Shown one piece after another: positions 63,001-64,000 of a DNA stretch of 64,000 nucleotides. Location of the stretch: positions 42,656,001 to 42,720,000 of the forward strand of contig OZ076410.1 in the NCBI GenBank assembly GCA_964187785.1, in the 5' to 3' direction. The translations under genes and the position numbers were made by a program. The DNA comes from Amphiscolops sp. MND2022 (taxonomy: Eukaryota). The notes below the pieces were generated by a model. That model did not search any database, was not told the DNA's origin, and saw nothing but the letters and a program-made list of their open reading frames with translations. Position 1 is the first letter of the stretch, and every line of letters starts with the position of its first letter.

Positions 63001-64000
63001 CAACAGTGAAGAACACAATAGTGACGCAAACACAAAACACCGAAGCTGGAAAGGAAGAGAAAAGAAAACGTGCAACACTATACCTTTGTCCCAGTCATTG
63101 TGGACTACTGATGCCTCTACCCCAAGGGCAGTCCGTCCGTGCTGAGTTCGAGTATGACCAAGTGACTCTGCAGGCCGTGTTGAAACGACATCACTCTCTT
63201 GGGCAGGCGTATCTCGAGCAGCCTCACATACAAAAATGTCGCTGCCACCAGAAGACTCCATTCCAGGCCACAGAATCCAGTCCAGTGACTATAAAACACA
63301 ATATAGACGTACATTAAAAAGAGTACCGAAATTAACCCCAAGCTACTCTCAACCAAGTACATTAGAAGCAACAAGAAAGACGCAAGAATACCTACTTTCA
63401 AGGGTCTTGGAGGCAGAAATTGTTGGAGGATCAATTTCCTCGCCAGAACTGTCCACCGGTGAACGAGGCTCAGACACAAACCCCGGCAGAAGACTAGGCA
63501 GCCGGACTCGTTTGGATGACCGGATTCTACTGGTCGACAACTTTTGACTCGACCGCGATTTCTTCTTCGACGACCTTGACCTGGCAGTCGGACAGTAATC
63601 CTCATCAAGATCGTCATCAGTAGCTTGGAAAGTAGACGTAAAAAGAACGCGTTCACACACAACTTGAAAGGGCCGACCACCCAATCAATTTCTAGAGAAA
63701 GTTTACATTTCTTGCTTGCTAAATAATCTATATTGTGCCGATCGTCACTGGTATCTGAATGAAAAAAGGCAGTTTCAGCACAACTCCCATCTTCCACCTC
63801 AAGGTCCTCGTAAGAGCCATCTTCCTCGCCAAATCCACGTTTCCCGGTCCCAGCGGTAACAACAGGAACGACCTCGACACTTTCATCTTCGACAGCATCA
63901 ACTATCCGTCCTTCTCCCTGCACAACTGACTCCACAACTGACTCCACCTCAGCCTCACTCTCTTTCAACGCGACTTCTTGACTCTGACGTAACAAGACAC
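60100..64000 (-). pseudogene. antisense cargo gene copy C: acidic N-terminus, CCHH finger, hAT-like body (longest open frames)
   Basis: FNCAICRKDVSFLSRG(fs)PRGIWRHLKCKGHLAKDRKYR; ORFs 61850-62440, 60674-61837 and 60208-60750; GTTAGT...TTAG intron candidate at 62643-62810; PPTISASKTL shared with copy A. Confidence 0.7.

Larger units (their letters stand above)
51050..64000 (+). mobile_element. Ty3/Gypsy LTR retrotransposon 'element C': 5'LTR-gag-pol plus antisense hAT-like gene; 3' end beyond the window
   Basis: LTR-like start TGTCACAGCCC at 51050, PBS at 52996, full Gypsy domain order, and a convergent cargo gene from ~60100 onward. Confidence 0.8.

Noticed and set aside
6470-63684. The many 60-150 aa ORFs antisense to or overlapping gag/pol and cargo frames
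   Set aside because: Shadow frames of the real coding strands or frameshift fragments, with no independent protein signature.
60100-64000. env-like third ORF
   Set aside because: Antisense orientation; no signal peptide, furin site or clear C-terminal TM anchor; a zinc finger is present instead.
1-64000. tRNA or rRNA genes
   Set aside because: No cloverleaf or rRNA-like conserved segments were recognised; only 11-17 nt PBS complements.

Overview
Eukaryotic (animal) genomic DNA made almost entirely of nested, decayed LTR retrotransposons (Ty3/Gypsy and BEL/Pao). The only host gene found is three C-terminal exons (M3, M3-M4 loop, M4) of a Cys-loop/nicotinic-receptor-like subunit at 21.5-23.9 kb. 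No rRNA, tRNA or CRISPR was seen. The main observation is that three diverged Gypsy elements (A: <1-15385, minus; B: about 43070-49010, minus, partial; C: 51050->64000, plus) share a non-standard layout. Each pol/integrase is met tail-to-tail by an antisense, intron-containing gene with a CCHH zinc finger and a hAT-transposase-like body that lacks the recognisable catalytic motifs. In A and B a third, sense-strand orphan ORF is transcribed divergently from it and runs into the 3' LTR. In A this cargo is bracketed by an LTR pair with PBS and PPT. The LTRs are long (1.6-2.3 kb) and contain the first part of gag, with the PBS inside the gag frame. All copies carry frameshifts and stops. Alignments, identities and boundaries were judged by eye. 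The RT signature resembles families I recall from acoel worm genomes, but that assignment is unverified.
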